A DNA stretch of 64,000 nt from Bdellovibrionales bacterium (GTDB lineage Bacteria > Bdellovibrionota > Bdellovibrionia > Bdellovibrionales > CAYMLA01). The stretch lies in contig OZ244239.1 of assembly GCA_965217115.1 (NCBI GenBank), positions 1,312,001 to 1,376,000 on the forward strand, given 5' to 3'. The position numbers and the translations under genes are program-made. The notes beneath the pieces are model-generated. The model saw only the letters and a list, made by a program, of their open reading frames with translations. It did not search any database and was not told the origin of the DNA. Position 1 is the stretch's first letter, and the number at the start of each line of letters is the position of its first letter. This document shows positions 21,212 to 31,562 of the stretch, in pieces.

Positions 21212-22798
21212 GTGTCAGCAGAAATTCTAATTAATATTAGACCGACGGAAACTCGTGTGGCTTATGTGGAAAATGGTGTGTTGACCGATTTGAAGGTGGA
21301 GAGAAAGGTCTCGCCAACATTGGTTGGTTCTATTCATTTAGGTAAAGTGTCACGTGTTCTTCCGGGGATGCAAGCGGCGTTTGTTGATATCGGTTTGGAT
21401 AGGGCGGCTTTTTTATATGTGGGGGATATTCGTGATGATATTGATACGAATGAGAGTCTTTATATTGCAAATGATGGAGACAAGGAAGAGAGTTCAATGG
21501 AATTTCTTCTTGAAGATCAGGATGAAGGTTTTTCAAAAAATGAAGAGAAACAAGCGATTCAGGATCTTTTGAGAGAAGGACAAAATATTTTAGTTCAGGT
21601 TTCAAAGGACCCCTTGGGGACGAAGGGCGCAAGAATTACAACCCATATTTCTCTGGCAGGTCGACTTATTGTTTACATGCCGACGACCCATCATTTGGGA
21701 ATTTCAAGGAGGATTGAGAAGGAAGAAGAGAGGGAGAGATTGAAGGAAACCGTTTTGTCTTTAAAGCCAAATGGCGGGGTCATCGTTCGCACGGCCTGTG
21801 AAGATGCCGACAGGGAAAATTTGCAAACGGATTTAAATTATCTGGAAAAATTGTGGACAGATGTTTATAACTCTTACCAAAAGAAAAAAAACCCAGGGGT
21901 GATCTATTCAGAAATGGGAGTTGAGCTGAGGGCGTTGAGAGACCTATTAACCTCTGAAGTGAAGACGGTTTATGTGGATGAGGGCAGAGCGTATAAAAGA
22001 GCTGTAAAGTTTGTGGGACAATTTATGCCACGTTTTAAGAATAAAATGACTCATTATCAGCAGAGGCAACCCCTGTTTGATATGTATGATTTAGACCATG
22101 AAATTTCTCGATCTATTGCCCGTAAAGTTTGGCTTAAGTCAGGGGGCTATATTGTTTTTGATGAAGCAGAGGCGTTGGTTGTTGTGGATGTCAATACGGG
22201 GCGTTTTGTTGGCAAGAGAGATTTTGAGGAAACGATTGTTAAGACTAATTTAGAGGCGGCCAAGGAGGTCGCTCACCAGCTGAAAATTCGTAATTGTGGA
22301 GGAATCATTATTGTGGATTTCATCGACATGGAAAATGCCGTTCATCGAGAAATGGTTTTGGATATGTTGGAATTGGAGTTTAAAACAGACCCAGCTCGAA
22401 CAAATGTTTTAGGCATGTCTGAGTTGGGATTGGTAGAAATGACTCGAAAGAGAACTCGACCAAGTCTGATAAAGACGCTTTGTAGTCCCTGCTCCTATTG
22501 TGATGGGCGTGGATATATTAAAACCTGTTCGTCAGTTGTGGGGGAAGTTTTTCGAGCTATTCAAAGAGAGGCGAGTTGGGGAGTTAAAAAGAATAAAACA
22601 GCCATTGTTCGTTGTCACAGAGATGTGGTGGACTGGGTTTATGGGGAAGAGGCGGAATCTTTGGAGGAGTTGGAAAACAGAACAGGCTGGGCAGTGACCT
22701 TTAAAATGGAATTGAGTTATCACCGAGAGCAGCATGATATTGAATATTTGGACTTCAATTACGCGGAAATTTCTGGAAAATCAGGAATTAAAACATAA
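21212..22798 (+). CDS. rng: Ribonuclease G/E family (catalytic domain only)
   Basis: S1 domain (GMQAAFVDIG), DVNTG, GGIIIVDFIDM and CSYCDGRG zinc link. Confidence 0.92.
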   Translation: MSAEILINIRPTETRVAYVENGVLTDLKVERKVSPTLVGSIHLGKVSRVLPGMQAAFVDIGLDRAAFLYVGDIRDDIDTNESLYIANDGDKEESSMEFLLEDQDEGFSKNEEKQAIQDLLREGQNILVQVSKDPLGTKGARITTHISLAGRLIVYMPTTHHLGISRRIEKEEERERLKETVLSLKPNGGVIVRTACEDADRENLQTDLNYLEKLWTDVYNSYQKKKNPGVIYSEMGVELRALRDLLTSEVKTVYVDEGRAYKRAVKFVGQFMPRFKNKMTHYQQRQPLFDMYDLDHEISRSIARKVWLKSGGYIVFDEAEALVVVDVNTGRFVGKRDFEETIVKTNLEAAKEVAHQLKIRNCGGIIIVDFIDMENAVHREMVLDMLELEFKTDPARTNVLGMSELGLVEMTRKRTRPSLIKTLCSPCSYCDGRGYIKTCSSVVGEVFRAIQREASWGVKKNKTAIVRCHRDVVDWVYGEEAESLEELENRTGWAVTFKMELSYHREQHDIEYLDFNYAEISGKSGIKT

Positions 22799-23070
22799 TC
22801 TGACGCATTATTTAACAAAAGCATGGATGTGTTCGATTTGAGTGGTCCAGTGGGTAAAAAGCGATTGACCCAAAGAGTGATATTTAGCATATATATCCGA
22901 ATCGGTTAAAATGTCTGGTAAGAGCGTGATTTAACGAAAGAATATTCGATCAGTTATTGACAATATTATTGCGCTGTGACATTAACTGCTGACGTAGCTT
23001 TGTTTGGAGCGACTGGTCGATCGAGAGAGGCCATTGTTTTTTTTAGAAGATTAATTTTTTGGAGGCAAGT

Positions 23071-23664
23071 ATGTACGCCATCATTCGCACAGGCGGGAAG
23101 CAGTATAAAGTTGAAGCTGGAGATTTATTAAAAATCGAGAGAATTAATGTTGATCTTGGTTCTAAATTAGATTTAACAGAGGTTCTTCTTGTTGGTGGAG
23201 AGAAAACTTTTGTTGGTAAGCCTGTTGTTGAAAACGCTAAAGTGACAGCGGTGGTGACGAAGCAAGCAAAAGCTCCTAAGGTGATTGTTTTTAAGAAAAA
23301 ACGTCGTCAAGGTTATCGTCGACTAAAGGGACATCGCCAGTTTTTTACGGAGCTGTTTATCACCTCGATCACTTCTCCAGAGGGAAGTATTAGTAAAACA
23401 GACAATGAGGCACCGGTTGTTGACGTCGCAGCTGTTGCAGAAAAAAAACAAATTGATCGTGTTGCTCAAAAAGAAGCTCGTCGCAGGGGAGAGTTAAAAG
23501 AAACTCCTAAAACGGCCACAAAAAAGTCGGCAAAAAAGACTGTGACTAAGAAAGCGGCGAAGAAAAAAACTGTGGCTAAAAAAACGGCAAAGAAAAAAAG
23601 CGTGACTAAGAAAGCTGCGAAGAAAAAAACTGTGGCTAAGAAAACAGCAAAGAAAAAAGTTTAA
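23071..23664 (+). CDS. rplU: 50S ribosomal protein L21 with long Lys/Ala-rich C-terminal extension
   Basis: MYAIIRTGGKQYKV...KGHRQ; GGAGG precedes ATG at 23071. Confidence 0.95.
   Translation: MYAIIRTGGKQYKVEAGDLLKIERINVDLGSKLDLTEVLLVGGEKTFVGKPVVENAKVTAVVTKQAKAPKVIVFKKKRRQGYRRLKGHRQFFTELFITSITSPEGSISKTDNEAPVVDVAAVAEKKQIDRVAQKEARRRGELKETPKTATKKSAKKTVTKKAAKKKTVAKKTAKKKSVTKKAAKKKTVAKKTAKKKV
23542..23661 (+). repeat. 60-bp tandem duplication in the rplU tail (2 x VTKKAAKKKTVAKKTAKKK[S/V])
   Basis: Near-identical units at 23542-23601 and 23602-23661. Confidence 0.9.
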
Positions 23665-23686
23665 TAATTTTTAACGGAGATAGAAA

Positions 23687-23947
23687 ATGGCATCGAAAAA
23701 AGCCGCAGGTAGTACGAGAAACGGACGCGATAGTAACAGTAAAAGGCTGGGCGTAAAACGATTTGGCGGCGAAAAGGTTTTACCAGGAACGATTATTTGT
23801 CGTCAACGTGGAACAAAATTTCATGTGGGCAGCAATGTACGATTGGGTCGTGATTACACTGTTTATTCGTTAATTGAGGGAAAAGTTCAGTTTGAAAGAG
23901 TGAATAAACAGAAAATGAGAATAAGTGTTTATCCTTTGTCGGCATAA
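23687..23947 (+). CDS. rpmA: 50S ribosomal protein L27
   Basis: [24 protein letters not shown]. Confidence 0.97.
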   Translation: MASKKAAGSTRNGRDSNSKRLGVKRFGGEKVLPGTIICRQRGTKFHVGSNVRLGRDYTVYSLIEGKVQFERVNKQKMRISVYPLSA

Positions 23948-23996
23948 TCTTGTAATCTGTTTGAATTTTTAGAATGAAAGACGGTGTGTTTTATTT

Positions 23997-24029
23997 AAAA
24001 AAAAAAGGAGCTGCAGGCTCCTTTTTTTA
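23997..24029. terminator. Intrinsic terminator-like hairpin between rpmA and obgE
   Basis: A-tract, GGAGC-TGCAG-GCTCC stem-loop, then T7. Confidence 0.75.
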
Positions 24030-24046
24030 TTGTGGAGAGAGTGAGT

Positions 24047-25072
24047 GTGAAGTTTGTTGATGAGGTTTCAATTAAAATAACTTCAGGTAATGGAGGCTCG
24101 GGTTGTGCGAGTTTTCTACGTGAAAAATATCGTCCACGGGGAGGGCCTGACGGGGGCCACGGAGGAAAGGGCGGAGATGTGATTATAAAGACGAGTGGGA
24201 GCTTGAATTCGTTGATCGATTTCAGACCTAAGTATAATTATGCCGCTAAAAATGGAGGTTCAGGTTCGAGTCGCCAGAAGGACGGGGCTTGTGGGGAGGA
24301 TATGATTTTAGAGGTTCCCGTGGGAACTGTTGTTGTGAGTGACCAAGGAGAAATTCTTGCTGATTTTGAAGAGATTCAAGAGACGATAGTTCTTCATGGT
24401 GGCAGAGGCGGCAAAGGCAATACTTTTTTTAAAACGAGCGTGAATCAGGCCCCAGAGCATTTTCAGCCAGGTGAGGAAGGAGAGAGTAGAAGTGTTTCCT
24501 TGGAGTTGAAGCTTATTGCTGATGTGGGAATTATCGGGTTACCAAATGCGGGAAAATCGACTCTTATTGCAGCGATTTCAGCGGCGAGACCAAAAATTGC
24601 TGGATATCCTTTTACGACCTTAACCCCGAACTTAGGAGTGGTGAAAGTTGGAGAAGGAGATTCTTTTGTTGTTGCAGATATTCCAGGGTTGATTGAGGGA
24701 GCACATCAAGGGGTGGGGTTGGGCCATCAGTTTTTACGTCATGTTGAGAGAACACGTCTTCTTGTTCACTTGATTGATATAAGCCCAATGAGTGAAAAAT
24801 CTCCAGTGGAAGCTTTTGATTTATTAAATTATGAATTAGAGCAATATGATCGCATCAAGAAGGATTCGGATGGGTTTGTTTCTCTTTTTGATAGAAAGCA
24901 AATTGTTGTGTTTAATAAATTAGATTCTGTACAGAGAGAAGAAGGACTTTTTATTCAGCAAGAGTTTGAAAAGAAGAGAGGGATAAAACCACTGATCCTT
25001 TCAGCAGTCAGTGGACAGGGTTTAAAGCCTCTGATCGAAGAGATGGGGAGAGATATTCTTGGGAAAAATTAA
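24047..25072 (+). CDS. obgE: GTPase ObgE
   Basis: KFVDEV, glycine-rich Obg domain, GLPNAGKST, YPFTT, DIPGLIEGA and NKLD motifs. Confidence 0.96.
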   Translation: MKFVDEVSIKITSGNGGSGCASFLREKYRPRGGPDGGHGGKGGDVIIKTSGSLNSLIDFRPKYNYAAKNGGSGSSRQKDGACGEDMILEVPVGTVVVSDQGEILADFEEIQETIVLHGGRGGKGNTFFKTSVNQAPEHFQPGEEGESRSVSLELKLIADVGIIGLPNAGKSTLIAAISAARPKIAGYPFTTLTPNLGVVKVGEGDSFVVADIPGLIEGAHQGVGLGHQFLRHVERTRLLVHLIDISPMSEKSPVEAFDLLNYELEQYDRIKKDSDGFVSLFDRKQIVVFNKLDSVQREEGLFIQQEFEKKRGIKPLILSAVSGQGLKPLIEEMGRDILGKN

Positions 25073-26081
25073 AGAACGTATAGGGCTTTTTGGTGGAACA
25101 TTTAACCCACCACACATGGGTCATGTAAATAGTATGTTAACGATTTTAAATCGTCTTAAATTAGATAGAGTCGTGGTGATTCCAAACAGTAAAAATCCAT
25201 TGAAGCCAATAACGGATGGTCCGACACCAGAGCAGCGTTTAGTGATGACAGAGAAAATGGTTAAAACCTATGAAGAGTTGAGTGTAGACAATTTAGAAGT
25301 TGAAAAGGGTGGAGAGAGCTACACTTATGAGACAATTAAAAAATACAGTGAAAAGCATTCAGCTGAAGATATTCATTTGATTGTGGGTATAGATACGTTT
25401 GATGGATTTGGGCGTTGGAAGAATTTTGAAGAAATATTAACTTCTTGTAACCTTGTGGTAACAAGTCGTTCAGGGCATTACTTGCCTTTGGGAATTGAAG
25501 AGTTACCGCAAGGTGTTCAGGACTTAGTTGCAGAGTATGATCGACAATTTATTGTTTTACAGACAGGTCGAACGATTCAGTTTGTACAGTTGGATGATAT
25601 GGATGTTTCGGCAACGGAGATCCGTAAGAAGTTACGTTTTGGAAAAAAAGTTGAGGAATTTTTAGCTTTAGAGGTCGTGGATTACATTAAAGAAGAGGGC
25701 TTGTATAAACCCATAGGGCCGAGGTTGGGTGATGCAGAGGAATTCACTTGTTTTTGTGCCCAAATCCTCTTTAACCGTAAGGGCATTAATGTTCAGGGTT
25801 ATAACTTGGGAGAGCAGTCTTCAAGTTCAGAATTTTCTTTAATTACTTCTGGAACCAGCACACGCCATGCTATTGCTATGGGAGAACAAATTATTGAGAG
25901 AGTCTTAGAGAAATATGGAGTGCGACCGCTGAGTGTGGAGGGAGTTACCGAGGGGCGTTGGGTTCTTTTGGATTATGGCCAGTTAATTGTTCATATTTTC
26001 TATGATTATGTGAGAATGGAGTATCAGTTGGAAAATCTTTGGCAAGATGGTGAGCGTTTAAAACTAGAAGATAAAGAGTGA
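25059..26081 (+). CDS. nadD: Fused nicotinate-nucleotide adenylyltransferase NadD and ribosome silencing factor RsfS
   Basis: GGTFNPPHMGH and SATEIR (NadD), followed in frame by GRWVLLDYG..VHIF..RMEYQLENLW (RsfS/Iojap). Confidence 0.9.
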   Translation: MGKIKERIGLFGGTFNPPHMGHVNSMLTILNRLKLDRVVVIPNSKNPLKPITDGPTPEQRLVMTEKMVKTYEELSVDNLEVEKGGESYTYETIKKYSEKHSAEDIHLIVGIDTFDGFGRWKNFEEILTSCNLVVTSRSGHYLPLGIEELPQGVQDLVAEYDRQFIVLQTGRTIQFVQLDDMDVSATEIRKKLRFGKKVEEFLALEVVDYIKEEGLYKPIGPRLGDAEEFTCFCAQILFNRKGINVQGYNLGEQSSSSEFSLITSGTSTRHAIAMGEQIIERVLEKYGVRPLSVEGVTEGRWVLLDYGQLIVHIFYDYVRMEYQLENLWQDGERLKLEDKE

Positions 26082-26548
26082 AAATAGTCATTTGTGGAGT
26101 TGTTAATTCTAGAGAGGAGATGCTAAATCATTTTTTAGAGAAATTTTCAGAAAAAATAGGAAGATTTATAAAGATTGAATTCGACCTATTAAAACCGAAG
26201 AGAGTGGATAGAGAAGAACGAGAGTATAAAAAAAAAGAAGAGAGCCTCTTGGTTTTGAATCGAATTGGGGAAAAAGATTTTTTAATTCTTTGCGATGAAA
26301 AAGGGGAGATGTTTACCTCTGAGGAATTCTCTGTTCGCCTGGAGAAAGTTTTAGAATTAGGCCGACGCCGAGTGGTTTTGGCAATTGGTGGAGCTTACGG
26401 GTTTAGTGAAGAAATTCGTGGGAGAGCGGATCTTATTTGGAGTTTTTCTCGGATGACGATAAATCATCACTTGGCTTATGGAGTGGCGATGGAACAGCTC
26501 TATCGAGCTTTTACAATTATAAAAGGGATCTCCTATCATAATAAGTAG
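26078..26548 (+). CDS. rlmH: 23S rRNA m3Psi1915 methyltransferase RlmH
   Basis: IGGAYG and EQLYRAFTI..YH motifs; follows rsfS. Confidence 0.92.
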   Translation: MKIVICGVVNSREEMLNHFLEKFSEKIGRFIKIEFDLLKPKRVDREEREYKKKEESLLVLNRIGEKDFLILCDEKGEMFTSEEFSVRLEKVLELGRRRVVLAIGGAYGFSEEIRGRADLIWSFSRMTINHHLAYGVAMEQLYRAFTIIKGISYHNK

Positions 26549-26587
26549 ACAGAGAGATGTCTTCTTGAAATTTAAAGGGAATATATT

Positions 26588-27826
26588 GTGTTTAGTTTTA
26601 AATCGTTTAATTTACAACCGTCTATTTTAGAGGCATTGGATCGCAAGGGTTATGAAGTGCCGACTCCAATCCAGGCGAAAGCGATCCCCTACCTTTTAGA
26701 AGGGGGGGACCTCCTTGGAATTGCACAAACGGGCACAGGTAAGACAGCGGCGTTTTCGTTGCCAATTTTAAATCGTTTGGGAAAAAATAAAAAAAAGACA
26801 GCACAGGGTCATGTTCGAGTTTTAATTTTAACACCAACCAGAGAATTAGCATCACAGATTGATGAAAACATTAAATTATATGGCAAGGGGCTGGGGTTGT
26901 TCAGTACGACTGTTTTTGGTGGAGTGAGTTCTCGTCCTCAAATAAAGGCTTTGTCTCGTGGGTTAGACATACTGGTTGCAACCCCGGGAAGGTTATTAGA
27001 TTTAATGGGTGGCGGTTATGTAAAGTTTGATAAGATGGAGGTTTTTGTTCTTGATGAAGCAGATCGCATGCTGGATATGGGATTTATTCGAGATATAAGA
27101 AGAATTATTACAAAATTACCAAAAGAGCGACAGACGTTGCTGTTTTCAGCGACAATGCCGGAAGAGATATCTTCTTTAGCGATATCGTTACTAAAAAATC
27201 CTAAGCGAGTTGATATTACCCCAGAAGTGACAACAGTGAATAAAATCAAACAAAAAATTAATTTTGTTGAGAAATCAAAAAAGCCTCTTTTATTAGAGAA
27301 GATTCTCAAAAATGAAAATATTAAGAGTGTCCTTGTTTTTTCTAGGACAAAACACGGTGCGGATCGAGTGGTGAAGTTCCTCAATAAAGAAAAGCCTCAG
27401 TCGGGGGCCATTCATGGGAACAAGCCACAGAGGGCTAGAGAGAGGGCGCTTAAGAAGTTTCGAGACGCAGAGATGAGGGTCTTAGTTGCGACAGATATTG
27501 CCGCCCGAGGAATAGACATCCCACAGGTGAGTCATGTTATAAACTATGATCTCCCTGATGATCCCGAGGGTTATGTCCACCGAATTGGGCGAACAGGGCG
27601 AGCGGGCAGAAATGGCATCGCCATCTCTTTCTGTGATGCTGCAGAGGAAAAGCGATTAAAAGCGATTGAGAAGTTTATAAAATGTAAAATACCTGTTGAT
27701 ACTGAGTACGGCTATCATAAGAGACCCCTTCGGGCCGCCGTGGAAAAGAAGAGCGATCCATCGAAGAAGAGAAGAACAAAGAAGAAAAAGACAAAGAAAG
27801 GCAGATCGTTCCGAACTCCTTCCTGA
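26588..27826 (+). CDS. DEAD-box RNA helicase (RhlE-like)
   Basis: AQTGTGKT, PTRELA, DEAD, SAT and HRIGRTGR motifs. Confidence 0.95.
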   Translation: MFSFKSFNLQPSILEALDRKGYEVPTPIQAKAIPYLLEGGDLLGIAQTGTGKTAAFSLPILNRLGKNKKKTAQGHVRVLILTPTRELASQIDENIKLYGKGLGLFSTTVFGGVSSRPQIKALSRGLDILVATPGRLLDLMGGGYVKFDKMEVFVLDEADRMLDMGFIRDIRRIITKLPKERQTLLFSATMPEEISSLAISLLKNPKRVDITPEVTTVNKIKQKINFVEKSKKPLLLEKILKNENIKSVLVFSRTKHGADRVVKFLNKEKPQSGAIHGNKPQRARERALKKFRDAEMRVLVATDIAARGIDIPQVSHVINYDLPDDPEGYVHRIGRTGRAGRNGIAISFCDAAEEKRLKAIEKFIKCKIPVDTEYGYHKRPLRAAVEKKSDPSKKRRTKKKKTKKGRSFRTPS

Positions 27827-27833
27827 GAACTTT

Positions 27834-29153
27834 CTAAAGTCCTTCAGGGAAAAATGATGTTCTTGCCTCGAAATCTGGAGTGCTTGTGTCATAGGTGTCG
27901 CCAGTAAGAGAGTTAAGAATGTCATCAAAATCAAAGAAATCATTACACAAGTTGCCGAACTCATCGTTATATTGACACCCAGCTGGGTCGCCTTCTAGCC
28001 CTTCGACATCGGGGTTCCCCTCTGTAGCAAGGGTTGTCGCGTATTTATGAAATTCTTCAGATGTGTTCCACTCACGGATAAAAACTCTGATTCTGTGTTT
28101 AACTTCAAAACCTCCATCAAGACAGTCAAATTCAAAGGCTTCGTTTCCTTTTTGAACAAGAGAGCCATCTAAATCATCAATCGGTTCAACGGCATAGGGA
28201 AGAGGAGATTCTCCTTGGTAATATCCTCTGTGACCATGGATTTTTTCAGTGGAGGAGGGGGGGGGGGTTATATAAAAGTTCGCCATTGTTGAAAACGTCG
28301 ATTGAGTTGTTGAAACATTCGATGGCATGGAGATCTGGGCATTCAATCCGATGTTTGCGCCACCAGAGCTTTCAGGGATAGTTTGAATAAGAGCTTTAGG
28401 GTAGCCATCGTCATCAAAAATGCTCCAACCAGCGCTCCCTGGACCGCCGATGCAGTTTCTAACGTCACCACCCCAGTTTTCCGTTGAAGTTTCAGTGGAG
28501 GATACGCCGTCCTCATCTGTCCTTGTCACCTCCAACTCGTAATCCCCAAAACAACAGGCTTGATCATTGCCATTCTTGTATCTACAGGAGACAGCATTCT
28601 CTGCGACTTCTAATTCCAGGTGGTTCGAACAATCAATCATATTACCGGAAAAAGAATGTTCTGCTTGGCAAGTCATCTTATCATCTGCATCGAACGCCAT
28701 GCTGATCTTTGAGGGGCCCGTTCCTGATGATGTATTCCAGTGCCAAGCGGGTCTAGACCTTACATGCTGACAAAGGTCTGGTGGAACATTGTATTGCAGA
28801 TTGAGGGCATGCATATAAAGATCCCCTTCTAAAACATCTATGTAGCAATCCTTTGGCATGCTGCTCGATTCGGTGACGTCAATGCGACATTCTGATCCCC
28901 AAAAATAGTCACCTAGGCCGGCATTGATGTAGGTCGGAAACTCGTCATTTTTCAAAGTGACCCAAAAGCTAGAAGGCTCAATATCTCCGACAGGTGTCGT
29001 GCCAGGATTAGTACCAGAACCAGGGCCAGGATTGGTATCAGGATCTTCTGAGGAAAAATAAGAGCTACCGGTGTCTTCTTCAGCACTGCACCCTGTAAGA
29101 GAAGCAAGCAAAAACAACAGACAAAAACATTTCAACATAGATTTTAAACTCAT
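27834..29153 (-). CDS. Cys-rich acidic hypothetical lipoprotein
   Basis: Lipobox LTGC, Gly/Pro linker, many Cys; no family recognised. Confidence 0.75.
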   Translation of the reverse strand: MSLKSMLKCFCLLFLLASLTGCSAEEDTGSSYFSSEDPDTNPGPGSGTNPGTTPVGDIEPSSFWVTLKNDEFPTYINAGLGDYFWGSECRIDVTESSSMPKDCYIDVLEGDLYMHALNLQYNVPPDLCQHVRSRPAWHWNTSSGTGPSKISMAFDADDKMTCQAEHSFSGNMIDCSNHLELEVAENAVSCRYKNGNDQACCFGDYELEVTRTDEDGVSSTETSTENWGGDVRNCIGGPGSAGWSIFDDDGYPKALIQTIPESSGGANIGLNAQISMPSNVSTTQSTFSTMANFYITPPPSSTEKIHGHRGYYQGESPLPYAVEPIDDLDGSLVQKGNEAFEFDCLDGGFEVKHRIRVFIREWNTSEEFHKYATTLATEGNPDVEGLEGDPAGCQYNDEFGNLCNDFFDFDDILNSLTGDTYDTSTPDFEARTSFFPEGL

Positions 29154-29311
29154 AATCAGACCTCTTAGAACGATGTTTATGTAAAAAAAACATTTTCAAT
29201 ATAAATTGTCGCAAAACTGATCGTCTTAACTCTTAGTTGACTTGATAAAAAGCAATAATATTTAGACAAAAGTATTGAGTTCGATCAGACACTGGTGGAG
29301 ACCTATAAATA

Positions 29312-30067
29312 ATGAATGTTTTTAAATATGGAAAGTGTTATAATTTAGAGTTTATGAGTTGTTTACTAGCGGGGTTCTTACCAAGAGTGTTGTTTTTGCT
29401 GAGCTTAAATCCTCTGTATTTTGGGTTAGACGGGGCTTTTGCTGCCGAGAGAGGCAGTGATAATAAATTAGAGTTAAAAAAAAGATTTGTTCAAATAAAA
29501 AAACGCTATAAAAAGGCTGCGTCGGTAAAGATGAATTTCACAAAAAAGACGTCCTCTGAGTTTGGCTTTAATAAAGTCGAGAAGGGTTATTTTACGGGGG
29601 TTTTTCAAAGAAAAAATTCTTTATTTCGCTTAGAAATACCTAAGAAATCGATATTAATCTTTGATGGAAAACAAGTGTGGTCGGTTGTTTTTCCCGCAAG
29701 TGGTTTTAATTATCCTCCGCAGGTTTTAAAGAGCCGCAAAGGAAAGGCTTTAGAGTTGAATAAATTTTGGTCGTCTATTTTTGGTTTTGCAGATATTGAA
29801 GAGAATTTCACGATTTTATCGATGAAATGGGGCTTGAGGAAAGAGTTGGCTATTTACACCTTGAAGCCCAAGAGAGGAACAGCATCTTTGAATAAATTTG
29901 TTTTAAAGATCAATCGTTTTGCGAGAATTATCCAAGAATTATCTTACACAGATGATTTAGGTAATCAGATGAGTTATGTTTTTAGTAACGTACGTTTAAC
30001 TGAAAAAATAAAAAAAGATATTTTTAAATTTAAAATACCGGAAGGTTCTATTGTAGAGAGCTTTTAG
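29312..30067 (+). CDS. lolA: Outer-membrane lipoprotein carrier LolA family protein
   Basis: FRLE..P, IFDGKQVW, YTDDLGN and FKFKIPEG motifs; start position uncertain. Confidence 0.8.
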   Translation: MNVFKYGKCYNLEFMSCLLAGFLPRVLFLLSLNPLYFGLDGAFAAERGSDNKLELKKRFVQIKKRYKKAASVKMNFTKKTSSEFGFNKVEKGYFTGVFQRKNSLFRLEIPKKSILIFDGKQVWSVVFPASGFNYPPQVLKSRKGKALELNKFWSSIFGFADIEENFTILSMKWGLRKELAIYTLKPKRGTASLNKFVLKINRFARIIQELSYTDDLGNQMSYVFSNVRLTEKIKKDIFKFKIPEGSIVESF

Positions 30068-30074
30068 AAGGTTA

Positions 30075-31469
30075 ATGGGGGAAGTAAAATTGGGATACAC
30101 AAAGGGTGTGGAGAATAAAAAAAAGGTTCACTTTGTCAGCTTGGGCTGCCCTAAGAATCTTGTGGATACAGAGATTATGTTAGGTTCTCTAACGAAGAAA
30201 GGGTATGAGGTTGTTGAAAGAGAGGAAGATGCTGACACGGTCATCGTAAACACCTGTGGTTTTATCGAAGAATCTAAAAAAGAATCTATTGATAAAATTC
30301 TTGAAATATCTGAGCTTAAAAAACGAGGAGAGTTAAAGAAGCTCGTTGTGGCTGGCTGTCTTACGCAAAGATACAAGGATGATTTAGTGGAAGGACTTCC
30401 GGAGGCAGATCTTTTTGTTGGTTCAGGGGAGTTCCAAAACATAGCGCAAATTTTAGAAGGTTCTTATGGAGGAAAAGAAGAAAAGCGTTTTTTTAACCTG
30501 CCAACGTATTTGCAAGAAGAGGGTACGCCAAGGATGAACTCCCAGCCGTCTTACAGAGCTTATTTAAAAATATCAGAAGGTTGTAAAAAACGCTGTGCTT
30601 TTTGTGCTATTCCTAAAATTCGTGGGAATTTACAGTCGAGACGTTTGGAGAGTATTATTAGTGAGGCCAAACTTCTTTTTGCCGGAGGTGTTCGAGAAAT
30701 AGATGTTATTTCCCATGATTTCACTGATTATGGTTGGGACCTGAGAAAAAAAACAACAACAGAGGCAAAGGAATCCCCCGTAGAGTTATTGAGAGGTTTG
30801 TCCGATGTGCATGGTCTGGACTGGATTCGTGTTTTGTATCTTTACCCAGATGGAGTGACCCCGGAGCTAGTTGCGTTGATAAAAGAGCGTGATAATTTGG
30901 TGAATTATTTTGACATGCCATTGCAGCATATTAACAATTCTATTTTAAAGGCCATGAATCGAAAGATGACTCGCGAAGAAATAACAAATGTTTTGACAAT
31001 GATTCGTAGAGAGATTCCAGATGCGGTTATTAGAACTCAGTTTATTGTTGGTTATCCTGGGGAGACTGAGGAGGATTTTGAGGAGCTTTTAGATTTTATT
31101 GAAGAACAGAGATTCGATCGCGTCGGGTGCTTTATGTACTCTCCTGAAGATAATACACCAGCTGGTCGCATGGAAAATCAAATTGACGAAGAGACTAAGA
31201 GTCGTCGTCATGACACTTTGATGGAAATGCAGATGCATATCAGTCGAGAAAAACATAAAAGATTTTTGGGGCAAACAATTGAGGTGATTGTTGAAGGTTA
31301 TAGTGATGAAACAGATTTATTGTTACAAGCACGAATGTCACAACAAGCTCCAGAAATTGATGGCGTGGTTCTTATTAATGAGGGAGAGGCTAAAATTGGA
31401 CAGGTCGTTAAAGTGCAAGTGACTGAAACGATGGACTACGATCTTATCGGGTCTATCGTTGAGATATAG
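30075..31469 (+). CDS. rimO: Ribosomal protein S12 methylthiotransferase RimO
   Basis: SLGCPKNLVD, NTCGFI, EGCKKRCAFCAIP and QAPEIDG motifs; C-terminal TRAM domain. Confidence 0.95.
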   Translation: MGEVKLGYTKGVENKKKVHFVSLGCPKNLVDTEIMLGSLTKKGYEVVEREEDADTVIVNTCGFIEESKKESIDKILEISELKKRGELKKLVVAGCLTQRYKDDLVEGLPEADLFVGSGEFQNIAQILEGSYGGKEEKRFFNLPTYLQEEGTPRMNSQPSYRAYLKISEGCKKRCAFCAIPKIRGNLQSRRLESIISEAKLLFAGGVREIDVISHDFTDYGWDLRKKTTTEAKESPVELLRGLSDVHGLDWIRVLYLYPDGVTPELVALIKERDNLVNYFDMPLQHINNSILKAMNRKMTREEITNVLTMIRREIPDAVIRTQFIVGYPGETEEDFEELLDFIEEQRFDRVGCFMYSPEDNTPAGRMENQIDEETKSRRHDTLMEMQMHISREKHKRFLGQTIEVIVEGYSDETDLLLQARMSQQAPEIDGVVLINEGEAKIGQVVKVQVTETMDYDLIGSIVEI

Positions 31470-31562
31470 TATGAATGAGGGGGTTGCCAAAAAGCTTAAC
31501 TAGAGAAGAGAGTGTAGGTTTTTATAAAAATAGAGTATTCAACTATATCAGAGGACGTATTT

